NCBI GenBank assembly: GCA_040954595.2
Contig: CM082578.2
Coordinates: 8,355,519 to 8,419,518 of the forward strand
Length of the DNA: 64,000 nt
DNA from: Balanoglossus misakiensis
Lineage: Eukaryota > Animalia > Hemichordata
Direction of reading: 5' to 3'
The notes beneath the pieces were generated by a model. That model searched no databases and was not told the origin of the DNA. It worked only from the letters and a program-made list of their open reading frames with translations. The translations under genes and the position numbers were made by a program. Positions within the stretch are counted from its first letter, which is position 1; each line of letters begins with the position of its first letter. This document shows positions 14,699-27,699 of this stretch, piece by piece.

Positions 14699-17600
14699 AT
14701 TGGGTAAACATTTTTTTCTTCACTCCAATAGTCGACATCTCCAACTCTCATTTTGTTCTCCGGGATTCTCAAGTCCCCTCTCCTTCTGCCGTTCACTACT
14801 GCCATTAAAGTTCCTGTCGAGGCGTCTTTACTTTTAATGGTTTCAGTTTCAAACTAAGATTATGCAGCGTTGTTTTGCTCACTAAAAGATGTGCAGGTGC
14901 TTTTTTCTCCGCTTTCAAAAGTAAATAGAAGAATTTGGGCGTTCAAGATATATCATCTAGGGATTGGGTCCAAAATATACCGCCAGTGTACACAGCTTCG
15001 TCTGGAAAGTGGAATACTAGTATTAAGTACATTTTAAGTCATTACGATAAGACAAATACATGATGATAACCTAATCCGTTTGTTTTCACAAACACTTCAG
15101 TATGAAAAGTTGAATCCAAAAACTGGATATTTTGTGAAAACATAAAAGTGAATCAGCTGGTCAGTACGCAGGTTAGAGTATTTTAGGGCATTACCACGGC
15201 AACTGTACGCCGATCAAGTGTATCCAATACGATAGAGAATAAATTATGGAAGCTAGACACATGTCAGCTTCAACACAAAATTCTGTCTACATTTACATAT
15301 ATGTCCCAGGAATCATAGTACGCCTATACTCGCACGTCAATATGATCACCGCTAAATGCAGACATACACACAATTTCACTTTTTCAGATCAAGGCATATT
15401 AATTAGCATCAAATGCACGCATCCATTGTGTTAGACACCACCCATTTTGAAGTTTATTTTAAATTTCAAACTTAATGTATAATTTAATAGTACAGGTGAT
15501 TAACAAGATTTGTTGCTTTGTTGTTGGTTTTCAATTATGAATAATCATATTTGGGCTTCGTTGCATCTTTCCTCGAGAAAAATAAACGAAGCATTCTTAG
15601 TAACTAGATGTATTGTGTGCTACTTTTATTCTAAGACAGAAGTCAAGCCGAAGACAGTTCTCGTGGAGTTCAATATGCGAACGTTTGCACGACATGAGTA
15701 CATTATCCGGATTACAACACATAGCATTATGACAACATCTGTGATCTTTGTATGCTAAACAACTTCGTCAACCAATCACAAGCTTCACAAAATGCACCTG
15801 GTGAATGACGTATTTCGATTGGATAGTTGTCAGCTAGCGCATTTGGCAGATGGTCAGCGTGGTGCCACTTCCATCATTCGAAACTCGACCTTTGACGTGC
15901 TAACATCATGGCTGAAAGTAGCGACGAGAACGACCTGTTCATTACCCGGAGCAATTTCCGACACCCGAGTGAAAGTGAAGGCGATGACTGTGACGATATG
16001 GACTGGATTTTCCAAGATTTGAAGAGAGTGTACATAAACCACCGGTCATGGAAAGTGACTTGACGAAAATCGAGCTCCTGGCTGGCAGCCCACATTGCGC
16101 ACGTCCTGTTCTGTAAGTAACAATTTTCTGTCGTGTTTTCTAGAAACTTACAAATTTAAAGTTATTGTATTGATTAGGAATTTTCGATTGTGCGTCAGCA
16201 AGGTACTAGTACTTCAAGGAATTTCTGGTTCGTCAAAAAAATGAAACTTTCAGGGGAAACCATGTGCGAGGTAGAAATGAAACCCTAACCAAAGGTCGAG
16301 TCCAGCGTATGCAATTTAGCATAATGTCCCACGAGAACAAAAGGTCTGGGCGCGTGTTGGTGTTGTAAGACCCCCACGTTTCATCACAGGCCTTACAAAA
16401 TACGTCACGGTTACTCGACCAATCGGCGAGTTCGCGAGATCTGGTCCTTGGCATTGCGACGCATTGTTATCTTGAAAGTTCGACGCGCCGCGACCAAAAT
16501 TCCATATCAGAAAAACACAAATACATGTACACACACTGACTATAAATGTTTACCAAAATCAGTTTCTTTAATTTCATTTCATGAAAATAGTACAATCAAA
16601 GAGACAGTGGGAAAGATTTACAAAATGTAACCCCCCTCCCCCGCCGCAATACTTGAATATATAACCGCATTTGTTTCCAAACATGTAGGTCGATACCGGT
16701 ACAATAATGTACGTGTAGTCTAGTATTTGTTATTAAAATATTTTGTTTTTCGAGTCATTCCATCTAATATTGGCGAAAATAGATTATTCCCTTAAAAATT
16801 ATTTAGATACACACATAATACAGTTCTGTGGAAGAGAGTATGGTTTGTCTGGCAAATAAGGTTGAGGATGAATTTAATTTCTTCCGGTAACGTCCCCTTT
16901 GTTGGTTTTTGTTCAGCCAAACGTAAGTTCTATCGTCTTTTACGTTCAAACTAAATTTTAAACGTTATGCACATATATTTACGCGTTTCAGACACGTGGA
17001 ATGAAACTCCTCCTACATAAGGGCCGAAGTTCCAAGAATGCAATAATCTAATCACTTTTGGTCTTCAGACACGGGTTATATTGAGGCAGTGAAGGGCAAC
17101 ACTGGATGGTGCAAAAGAAGCAAAAGTATCGTGAAGTTGCCGCTGTTTGGGTTCTAAAGCCCTTGCTTTGACAGCCTTTACGCCGAATCATAAGAACGTG
17201 GTAAATAAAAAGCGGCCTACAGCAGTTCGAGCTATATTGGACATAAAGATCACACGAGGGAAATTTATGTGACGCAATTAAAACAAACCTGATACAGGAC
17301 TTTGTATACCGTTTGAAATTTGAAAACAATAGGACGAGCGGAATCTGAGATGCTTTTTAAAAGTTTTTTTAAAGTCAAAAATCGCAAAATTTGTCTAAAA
17401 TGTAACATTGCAGGTTTTGTCTTACTTAATCTTTAAGTGAGAAAAAATAGTCCAATATCATAGATTTTATCAAATTGTGTTTTTGTTTTCAAATATGTTT
17501 AAGATTGTCCCTGTACGCTGAACATGCTTCTGGGAAGAAATCGGTTGTTGACGGACGGACAACGGCATATAATCAACTTCTCAGATAAGCGCCGCTACGT

Positions 17601-18024
17601 AGTACAGATGGGTTGAAAGGGAAATTCAATTTTCTGACAACAGTTAATACATTGCCGGTTTGGTATTGTATGACAGATACTCCATGTCGATGTGGATGAT
17701 AATAAAATTTTGCGTGTTTGCAATCGCTTTGGTAGTGGTATAGGGAAATATTCGACACGTTATGCGTATCAGTCACATCAAATCAAATACGCGTGAATAC
17801 CACAGCAATCTGTCCATCCGCTCAAACGAAGAGGCGAAGTCGGCGAATTTGATGCCAACGACGTCTACATTTACATGTAAAGCCAGAAAGTCATTTCAGA
17901 CAGCGCACAGCAAACTGAGTCCGTCCATAACATAATTATCGAGATATAACACCCTAACCATTCGCATTTCCAGCTTTCAATGAGTGTTAACTTGCACTGC
18001 GTAGTAAAGGTAGGATTGGTTAGT

Positions 18025-21000
18025 CTAAAAGGTATCTCCTTCTTGCATCACAACTAGCATAAGCTTTTGAAAGAAACTGAGACCGCCGTCTGTGGGATAA
18101 AGAAAGAAAGAAAGAAAGAAAGAAAGAAAATAGCGTCAGTGACAATGAGCGCCCGATGCATCTGAACACTTTAACGAAAAAATTCCAAAACTTTGATTAA
18201 TATGCAAAAAAAATTAAAAATCCGTGAATCATACTTAGGATGTTGACCAGCCAGGTAGGTTTGCTTTTCCATTTGACGGCGTAGAAATAAACCGGCACAC
18301 CGGTGAGAATGATGATTGTACCGATGACGGCCTCCATGGTGGCGGCAAAGATGGAGACAAACACGATGAAGTAGCAGAAGAGACCGAAAATGACGGCTAT
18401 CCAGATTGGACACTATGGAGACAAGAAAATTTAGTAAAAATGAGTGTCAAAGATACAGGATCAGCCTCTTCTCTAAACTACTTGGCATAAATATTTGTCT
18501 GAAAATAGCAAGGGGACACGGATGCGACACAAAATGAACTTTCACTGTATGTTAAATATTGGAATCTCGATAATTACCATCAATGTACCTTAAACGGGCG
18601 TTCCATGTCTTTGTGTGTAAAGCGCATGGTAACCAGACCTGTTGTCACTAGGGCGACAAACAACCAATATGTAAAACTGGTATAGTTGATGAGGGTACCT
18701 ACATCCGGGTACAACCCATACAGCACAGACAAAATACCCTGGGATAGTAAAGAAAGAAGAATAGTGATATTAATATTGTTATAATGTATTGTAGTGTGAT
18801 GCTTAAAGTGTTTGAGGTGTAATACGAAATATGCATTTCGATTTTTATCCATGGAGCAGTACTACTGTAAACCTGTTATATTTGGTATTTTTTATAAATA
18901 TTGATAATACTTCTGAGGTCTTGGTCTAGTCAAACTCACATTAGCCTCAGTCTATATAAATGAACACTGACTATTTTGATTGCATGTTAATCAACATTAA
19001 ATGTACTGACCATTGATATTAAGGCTGGCATGGGTGTTAAAAACTTGACGTGGACCATCCCAAGCAGGTCCGGGAAGAGGCCGTCACGTGCTCCAACGAA
19101 TATTAACCTGTAAATCACACGACAGCCCAATAATTATAATGACATAGTTTATGTTAGAAGAGTATGATAATGTGGGTTTCTGCGTCATCTATGACGGGCG
19201 AAAATATATTTTCCACGAAGTCAGCCCTCGACGTAAGATGAAGCGCTTTTAACCACCAAACTCGATCGACTGTCCGTGACGAAGGGAAGTGGAGGTCATT
19301 TTTATGTGTCGACAACAGAGAATAAGAGAGTTTGTTATTTATTTTACTACCGCGGTATCTATAGGTACAAATATTTTACCTCGATAATGCCAAGGTTTGA
19401 CCGTTTGCAGCACCAAAGGTTGACAACGCCACGGCTACCGGCATCAACCAGGCCCAGTTGCCAAGCACTTTATCGCCGAAAGTCTGCAAAAAATGTTTCT
19501 AGTATTATTCAATCCGCTCCAACGAGCGCGTGTACGTTGCATTATAGATATTGACATAATATATGAGATAACGGATGAATAAATCTGAGAATTAACGGGG
19601 AAATTCTCTTGGGACATAGCTTTGCAGGCTAACATCCAAAGCAATTGGGAACATACATTTCAACGGACATGTATATAGTAGACAGACAGACAGACAGACA
19701 GGCAGACAGGCAGGCAGGCAAGCAAACAAACAAACAGGAAAATTGAACCCTGGTATATACATGTAAATGTACTGATAAAGGAGGTTGATCAACCAACTCG
19801 GTCCACAGTCCCTCTATCACATAATATAGATGGACTGTCCAGGCGACTTGAATGTTCACTCCCCCCCCCCCGATTGTAAACAGTAAACTTACCACGGCCA
19901 CCGCAGGGGACGCTAACATTTCTTGGGGGGACATCGCAGTGAAGTAGGCGATGTTGGTGAGTACGTAGATAACGGTGATGGCGATCATTGACCCCGACAG
20001 GGAGATTGGGAAGTCTCTGTTCAAAAAGAAAATAAGGCAGTTTGGAATCTGATCTTTCGGGTAGAAATTCACAAGGAATGCAGTGTTGTGTTGCGTTGTG
20101 TTGTGATTTTGTTACAATTATATCGTAACGTTAACGGTGCTGTCATAATGCATTTTCAATCGATCCTGAGGATATCCTTCCCTTTATTGTTTATTCACTA
20201 TAGCCAGTGGAGCCCGCGCTATGGCTTAGAAATATAGAAAGATAGCTTGACGAATCAAACTAACCTTTTCGGGTTGTTCATTTCTTCTGTTATGGCGTTT
20301 AGACATGACCTGTGAAAGTTGTCAGGAAAGAGAAGAGTTTAAATGTCAGTATTTAAATCACGGAACAGACAAAATGACAGTCATGCACAGCCAAAGATCG
20401 GATATAATATGAAGACAGGCGGAGAGATTGACACATTGAAGGATAGTAGAGACACAACTACGAAAGTAATCTTTTTAATTTCCCAATTCAGATAAATCAC
20501 GTCGTTATTCATCGCCAAAGATTATATTTTTGACCAAAGTAAATGGACAAGGATTCTTATTGGTCCATTTTCTATCTGGGCCCTTTGTTTGCTTTATTGT
20601 ACTCCGTTGATTTTTCATTTTGGACAACAATGACCCGAAAAATGTCTGTCCCAGGCCTTCTGAGCTGCAGAATGATTACATCTTTAACAAACACGAACAC
20701 TTACCATCCTGCATATGCAAAGAGACCATTGTAGAATGCCAGTGACAGGCGCGCGACGTTGGTGCCTGGACCATCGAAATTTAAATATTCCGTATTACCT
20801 GTATGAAAAAAGTCAGAAAATATCGGTGATTCAAGAGACGAAGGGCCCAACTTTCGTAGTCTTCACTTTAAAGTGATCGCATATATTTTTGAAAGGACGC
20901 AGTCTTTTTATCCGTAAGAGGCGTGTATATTTTGCAGATCAGCGCAATGTTTTCGGATTGCGTAGATAAATGTAGGCTACACCCGAATATTATTAAGACG

Positions 21001-21286
21001 AAATATGAAGTTGTTTCAATTTAAAATAATCCTAACTCAAAATGTCGGAACATTAAATGCCAATTGGTGTTCTCAACACGCGGGGGGAAAAACTCGTGGC
21101 TTTATCACCACTTCTGGTAAAAACCGTGTTACGTGAGGAATGGACACAAGCGGTTCCTACCTTGGATGAGCAGAACGATACCCGCAATGATAATAATCAA
21201 CAGGCCGATCACTTTGGCGATGGTACACACAACCTGTACCCATGCAGCGCCCGCTACGGTGCAACAGTTGTAGAAGAATATCAGAA
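18025..21286 (-). CDS. SLC7 light chain gene B, constant region (coding exons 2-10)
   Basis: Minus-strand exons 21286-21161, 20798-20705, 20309-20265, 20016-19893, 19483-19380, 19107-19011, 18738-18589, 18412-18235, 18089-18025. Lengths (126, 94, 45, 124, 104, 97, 150, 178, 65) are identical to gene A exons 2-10. All are GT-AG; the protein ends VVMQEGDTF*. Confidence 0.95.
18100..18129. repeat. (GAAA)n microsatellite forming the polypyrimidine tract of the last gene B intron
   Basis: Run of about 7 GAAA units next to the exon 10 acceptor on the minus strand. Confidence 0.85.
19680..19736. repeat. Compound tetranucleotide microsatellite (GACA/GGCA/AAAC)
   Basis: Visible tandem units. Confidence 0.85.
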
Positions 21287-23397
21287 CTGTGAAAAGAAAA
21301 GAACAAAAATGACTGTAGTAACTGTTAGTGGGATATTAGTAAGTTAACATTTATTGACGACAATGCTAGTGGTTGAAGGTAGCTGGCGAGTCTGAATGCA
21401 GTAAACAAACCCGCTAAAAAGTGTAGGACGCAAAGCATCTACCACCCTAGGCAGGCTATAAGCACATAGAGGGACATCGCATTCATCCAATGAGTGGTCT
21501 TCATTCAACAACATGCCGACTGCGCCGATAACATGATTTATTTTAGTTTGGAAGCATCTCAGCAATTAATCCCTAAAGGTCACGCTGTTACATCAAAACC
21601 TAGACACCCCCCCTCTATTCGACAGTCAGGGACTATGCCCCATACTGTTATCTATAGTTGATTGGTGAATGGTGTATATAAAGCACCATCTACTTCTAAC
21701 ATGTCAACCCTAGCTGTCTCTTTAATGCCCTCGTCATCACGTTTAGCATATTAATGTGTACATTCAGAATTGTGTGGTGCTGAAACACGCTGTCTGGTTG
21801 TTAGGTAATTCATTACGAATTTTATCTTAAAGTAAATGTTTGTTACGATTCCATGGTAAGATATAGAGCCAAGATGACCCCCGATTTGCCGTAACCACGC
21901 AGCCGTGAGTCAAATCTCAACCAAGCAAAGCTGTGCGTGACGAAAAACGTTCGTAGAGTTTATTTGTTAATGAAGCACATTGATTGATCCGTACAAGTTC
22001 GAATCCCTCAACGACAGCGTATAAATATATGCTTGATAGCGACTGATGGGTCAATGATACAGAAACTGAACAGACCATAGATAACGGCGACCCTTGAAAT
22101 GGGCGATATCGCTATTTTTTACATCTTATTTTATTCCAGTCGATAAATTTTCAGGGTTTCCAGCTATACTGGAATTTGCCGCATGTTACATCGTGGGTTA
22201 GGCCTATCAGAGGATCATAAATATCAAGGTGGATGGAGGAAACTGAAGGCATATATGTTGATACGTTAACTAATAGAACGACGACTGACACACTAATATC
22301 ATCCTGACGATTGTAAAAGTTAGAATTTTAGCGAGTTTGGTTTCCTCTCTTCTGTGACAAACGCAAGTAGGATCGATCGGATTCCGACGTTAGGTGTACA
22401 TGTATATCACTGTACATGTAAGACCAACAAAATCGGCAAGACGGTACACTTTGATTGTTCGGAGATAGGTTTTTGTTTCGGGTGTCGCGCGAAAACAGAT
22501 GATGCAATCACCGGCGGTAGTGTCAGATTTGGTTCAAGCATATACAGTAGTCTACTGCCTATAGTTCAAGGCAAATCAGTCATAATAATGGGACAGTATG
22601 TAGTTATTACTTAACACTCACGTGCGGCATTTTGTTGACCTATTTTGCCGACAGGTGTGGATTTTAGCCTTTGAAACCCTCTGATTCATTACCCATTCGT
22701 TTTACATGGCCTGATTAATAGAGAATGATGCAATGTAGTCATCCTGACAAACTTCGGATGTCAATCAGAATCATAATCAGAAACAATCGTTCATAGTTCA
22801 TACGATAACGGTTCGCCCTTCAATGTACCGAATCTGATTAAATGTCGTCGGGTTTTGTTTAAGAGAGCGCTCAGTGATTACGGGAAGGGAGGGCAGGACG
22901 AATAAAAAGGGTCGCGTTTCACAGCCGTTGGTCACGGAAGAATCAAATGTTAAATTTGTAACTGCAAAGAATGCGTGATGTCGCGTCAAAAGATATTTAC
23001 TTAAAATTCATAAATAGTTTTCTACCAATTAAGTAATTGACTCAAGTGATATTGTATCAACGAAGTGACAATACGACAATGTATAATTTCGTCTGCTCAA
23101 AAAGTTATATTTAATTAGAATATCTAGCAACCAGAAGCGTTCACTCTTGTCAACCCGAACCGTTCAAGTTCAATTTTCACGGGAGAACTTTCAATTCGAA
23201 TGCAACTGAACTGCAACGTGTATGGATTGTGGTATTGATCAGAATTTCGGAAACTTCCCTTGCCGAGAGAGGCTATCTGTGTGTAACGGGTCGCCGCCGG
23301 ACGAGACAGGGTACAGTGACTCAAGGTTCAACTTCAAAGGTCAATTCCTATGAAGATGGTGGGATAATGCTATCGGAACGGTCTGTTTGTTTTCTAC

Positions 23398-23518
23398 ACA
23401 CGCCTTTTGCAAAATGGTGCGTGTAAGTTTGAAACCTACAACACGCTTGTCGATATCGGCCGCAAGGTGCGTGGAGGTTTCCCTGCACACGCCTTTTGCA
23501 AAATGGTGCATGTAAGTT
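23398..23518. repeat. Spaced direct repeat of about 32 bp
   Basis: CACGCCTTTTGCAAAATGGTGC(G/A)TGTAAGTTT occurs at about 23399 and about 23487. Confidence 0.7.
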
Positions 23519-24002
23519 TTTATCAAATCACTTGCTAGGCAAGATCGTTCACACACTGTGGCGTTCATGTGTTCTTTCCTGTTCACAAATGCATTGTCTT
23601 GGATAAATGGTGTCAAGCGATGGCTAGCTACATGTACATGATTGACACTGGTATGCGCGACCACTTTATAAGGGGTGACCCATTTAATATTGGGGGGTAT
23701 TTGCATAAACTGGTCGAAACGACTTGCCCCACTTTGCACGAGTATATTTTCCGGCATTACCTGAACATGGTTAGGTTAGAGGGTTTCCTAAAAATAATCT
23801 CAAGAAGAATAAAATCTGGTTGCGAACCTTTTAGACACAACAACTCTGACTTAGTTAAGGAACCCTGGGATGTGTTGAAAATTTATCAGTGAAGGATTCT
23901 GCACTATGTAGATATATCATGTTGTACTCTGATTTTGGTTGGCCATACAGAAATATTGAAATGTCAACATAATTTTACTGATGATATTAGTGCAATACTT
24001 AC

Positions 24003-24438
24003 AAATACACGCCTCACTAATCAACAAGACGGCCAAATGCGGAGGATCACAGTCTCCGGTGAAAAGCACCACCACATAGACGGCGAAAGTGTCCGTCATT
24101 ACAACGACGCACGCAGGCGAAATCAGGAATTTCACCCACAACACCAGAAACGCCAAGAAGGGACCAAAGGCCTCGCTCACGTACGTCATCTCCCCGCCGG
24201 ATTTCGGGATGGCGCATCCCAGTTCGGCGTAACACAACGCGCCAAGAAAAGCGACCAGGCCACTGAGCGCCCAGACTATGAGAGCAGCGCCGACCGAACC
24301 GCTGTAGTCCAAGACCCCCTTTGGCGATATGAAGATTCCCGAGCCGATGATCGATCCCACGATGACAGATATAGCATACGTCAAAGAAATCGGTTGTTTC
24401 GCGACCACTTGTTTGCTGGCACACCGTTTGTATTTCAT
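24003..24438 (-). CDS. SLC7 gene B variable coding exon 1, copy V1 (predicted isoform about 472 aa)
   Basis: [70 protein letters not shown]; 436 nt; donor T|GTAAGT, phase 1. Confidence 0.85.
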
Positions 24439-25098
24439 AGTGCCTGCTTTGACTGTTGCTTGAGGAAAGTGTCTCTGGTTTGACGCGAACCCAGAGGAAC
24501 ATTAGTAGAAGAAGGCGTTAATGGGCTGCCGCCCCTCCCCCAAAATATTCTTTTATTATAAGAAAGCACCTCACACATGAGTCTTTGACGCTTATTAATT
24601 ATGCAAGAAGACTTCACACGGCGTGTAATCTTTTATCAGAAATATACTGTTAACAGTCAGAATATGACACGCCAAAGCCACCACAAGAAAGAAGCCCAAG
24701 AAAGACCGTCTTTCTTGAGGGACTGTGTTTTAAAGCTACAACGTCTCCTACGTTGTTGAGGGAAGTAAGTTTACATTATATTAGTATTAACTTCAGATGA
24801 CCGAACATTACGCATAAAAGAAGAGTTGAAACTGAGAATGAGCCCTTCTCTCACAAATAGAAGTCATCAGACAGTTATTTCCCAACTCTGCCATTGTAAT
24901 GGAACCCTGGGATATGTCGGGGAGAAAAAGTTATGTGTGGGCCTAGTTGCCAAACTTCGGTTTTGGTCCATCTTACAAGAAATGTTGACCGCTCGGATAA
25001 TTTGTGAAGTGACGGTCAAATATAATAACTTTAGCAGACCTTATAAAATGCAATTAGAAATTGGGCTTCATTGCTGCAACGTCCACTGTAATACTCAC

Positions 25099-25567
25099 TT
25101 ATACACGCCTCACAAATCAGCGTGACTGCCCAATACGGGGGATCACAGTCCCCGGTGAAAGGCACCACCACATAGACGGCGAAGGTCTGTGTTATGATAG
25201 CCACGCTTCCAGGTACGACAATCAGGAATTTCACCCACAACACCAGAAACGCCAAGAAGGGACCAAAGGCCTCGCTCACGTACGTCATCTCCCCGCCGGA
25301 TTTCGGGATGGCGCATCCCAGTTCGGCGTAACACAACGCGCCAAGAAAAGCGACCAGGCCACTGAGCGCCCAGACTATGAGAGCAGCGCCGACCGAACCG
25401 CTGTATTCCAAGACCCCCTTTGGCGATATGAAGATTCCCGAGCCGATGATCGATCCCACGATGACAGATATTGCATACGTCAAAGAAATCGTTTGTTTCA
25501 TGACGACATGGTCGCTGGAGTTCGTGTCTTTTCCATTTCGCAGCTTCCTCGCCTTAGAAGCCGTCAT
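25099..25567 (-). CDS. SLC7 gene B variable coding exon 1, copy V2 (predicted isoform about 483 aa)
   Basis: [57 protein letters not shown]; 469 nt; donor A|GTGAGT, phase 1. Confidence 0.88.
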
Positions 25568-26309
25568 CTTGAACCTCCAGGGGCTCTCGAACGCCTCTAC
25601 TCAGGAATTTAGACTTCCCGCTCCGATATCTGGCCCCGGGGAACAGAATACACAGTCTAGGCCACAGCAGCACACTCGAAAACAACTGAGAATAACCACC
25701 AGACGTAGTCAGCCACAGAATGTAATCACCAACTCTCCGTCACTCTCCAAGCCATAGACGGTCGCGTACTGTAATCGACTTCAAGGAAGCTCCATGTGAC
25801 GTAACGTTTCCCCACAATATTTTTTGTCGGAAATGCGTACGTGTAGTTACTGTGATTTCGAGTTAACGGGACCGAAATGGCCAGCAGAGACTCTATACCA
25901 GAACGGTACAATCCGCACTCTGAATTTGTGACAACTCAGGCTACCGACACGTTCACACCACGACGGGATCACTTGTCTTAGCCCCGTGCCTGTCACCTGG
26001 AAGACGTAACTCTTATATCCGCCCTTGCGATTGCTTATCACTACCAACCGTCACCACAATCTCCGACATGCAGAGAGGACATGCTAAAGATGCTACCATG
26101 CGCCCCAACAACAATAGGGAAAGATACGCTGTCGGGTGTTCCAAGGGAATTTTACTGATAGCAAATGATAAAAATTGTCTTTTCGTTTCTGCACAGTCAT
26201 ACAGCACAAATGGTTCAACTTTTGCTCATTTCTTTATTTTGGCCCAGAAAGCATCACCCCAACAGTAATTAGTATACTTCGAATGAATCCCGCGCTTCAC
26301 AGCAATACA

Positions 26310-27137
26310 ACTAATAAATACCAGTGTAGCCTATATATTTAATAGCAAATGTCACGTGACTAAGGTCGCATCAAGTTCATTTTGTGCAAAAAAGGTTTTA
26401 AAGGGACAAGTGGTATTTTAAAAGGGGCAAACACCATACTCTTTGTATGTATTCTGTAGCTGTCTATTAGCAGCAAAATAGCATAGTGTGAGATGCACAG
26501 ACAAGCTGTGCACCAACAATCTCGGACAGTGTGACCTTTTGCACCCGAACGGATTAAAAAGAGATAGCAAATTAGGTAAATTAAAGATAACACCTATCTC
26601 AACAGCTGATTTTTTAAAGAATCTCTCTCCCCTCCCTCTCTCCCCCCTCTCTCGCTTGCTCCCCTCTCTCTCCCCGTGTCTCTCTCTGTCTCTCCCTCTC
26701 TCTGTCTGTCTCCCTCTGTTTCTGTCAGTCATCGAAACCTCAGGAGAGGCTAATCAGATTTGAATCAAATTCAGTTCAATTTTTGTGCGACAAGAACTAA
26801 GCAGTTTTGGTGGGCGTGGCATTTTAAAGGGGCAATGACCTTTCTTGGTGAATTTTGTGTACAAAACCAGACAGTGTGGGTCATGTGTGTCTGTGTGTGC
26901 TCCTACCTCTATTGGCTACTAAATTGACCAATCGGAGTGCGCCATACAGGAAATTGACTGCTCACGTCGCCGGTAAAGGCTCGAAAAAGTTCAGTTTTTT
27001 TAAAAGAAATATGATCACAGAAACAAAAAATGATCACAAATTTTGCCATGTTACCATGGAACATATGTTGCTAATTAATGCTAATTATTTTTCAACTATT
27101 AGCAACGCCCGGGTCATTGCTCTGGCCAATCAGTAAT
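26310..27137 (+). mobile_element. Possible non-autonomous Helitron-like insertion containing a CT-rich microsatellite (26623-26727)
   Basis: Non-coding block with an internal microsatellite and a subterminal GCAACGCCCGGGTCATTGC hairpin-like motif near 27101-27120. A canonical CTAG end is not seen and the boundaries are uncertain. Confidence 0.3.
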
Positions 27138-27359
27138 GTGTCGCGTACGGTGATTGACTTGAACGACGTCAGAGTCAAAACCATGTGGTGACCTCGTTGC
27201 CGTGACATATCGCATTTTGAGTTCTATTGACATGCAGATCTGAAAAATGGAAGGTAGTTGACTGTGTGGCCAGACCCTTGTGTGTGAGTCTATCTAAAAT
27301 ACACTGGGTATGGTGACCAGGCTTGTATCATGACACAAGGCATACCCATTGATCGGTAT

Positions 27360-27409
27360 CTCTGTCTGCCTGTCTGATTGACTGACTGACTGTGTGTGTG
27401 TGTGTGTGG
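27360..27409. repeat. (TCTG/TGAC)n-(TG)n microsatellite
   Basis: Visible tandem units. Confidence 0.8.
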
Positions 27410-27507
27410 TGAGGTGACCCCAGTTTCCCGTTGAAATTTTTCCGAATTTGAAGATGGAATTCAAGTTCATGGTCGTTTGAGTTTCCAATATCGAACATGG
27501 TGAGTAG

Positions 27508-27575
27508 TAGTCTAGTAATCTGGCCGTATTTTGTCCGCTTTGCTTGGAACAAAATACGGCTAGATTACTAGACTA
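27508..27575. mobile_element. 68-bp palindromic MITE with TAG..CTA termini and a 9-bp target-site duplication
   Basis: 27-bp arms with 1 mismatch (TAGTCTAGTAATCTGGCCGTATTTTGT / ACAAAATACGGCTAGATTACTAGACTA), flanked by GGTGAGTAG at 27499-27507 and 27576-27584. Confidence 0.85.
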
Positions 27576-27699
27576 GGTGAGTAGCAGACTTGCGACAGTT
27601 CCCCCGCACCCCCGATAATGATTGAACGCTCCCTAAACTTAAGACATATTATACCATGAGCGCGATGGCAAATGTGTGGGTTACCGCCGTGTTACTTAC

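Noticed and set aside
15770-16500. CpG-richer block between the two SLC7 3' ends with a GTAAGT donor-like site near 16113
   Set aside because: No ORF, termini or partner exon could be supported; it may be a repeat remnant.
24121-25499. V1/V2 as an assembly (haplotig) duplication
   Set aside because: The identity is limited to 280 bp inside the exon; the TM3 codons, N-termini and flanks are clearly different.
23935-25612. Plus-strand ORFs of 182 and 183 aa (23935-24483 and 25061-25612)
   Set aside because: They are antisense shadows of the GC-rich V1 and V2 exons with no recognisable domain.
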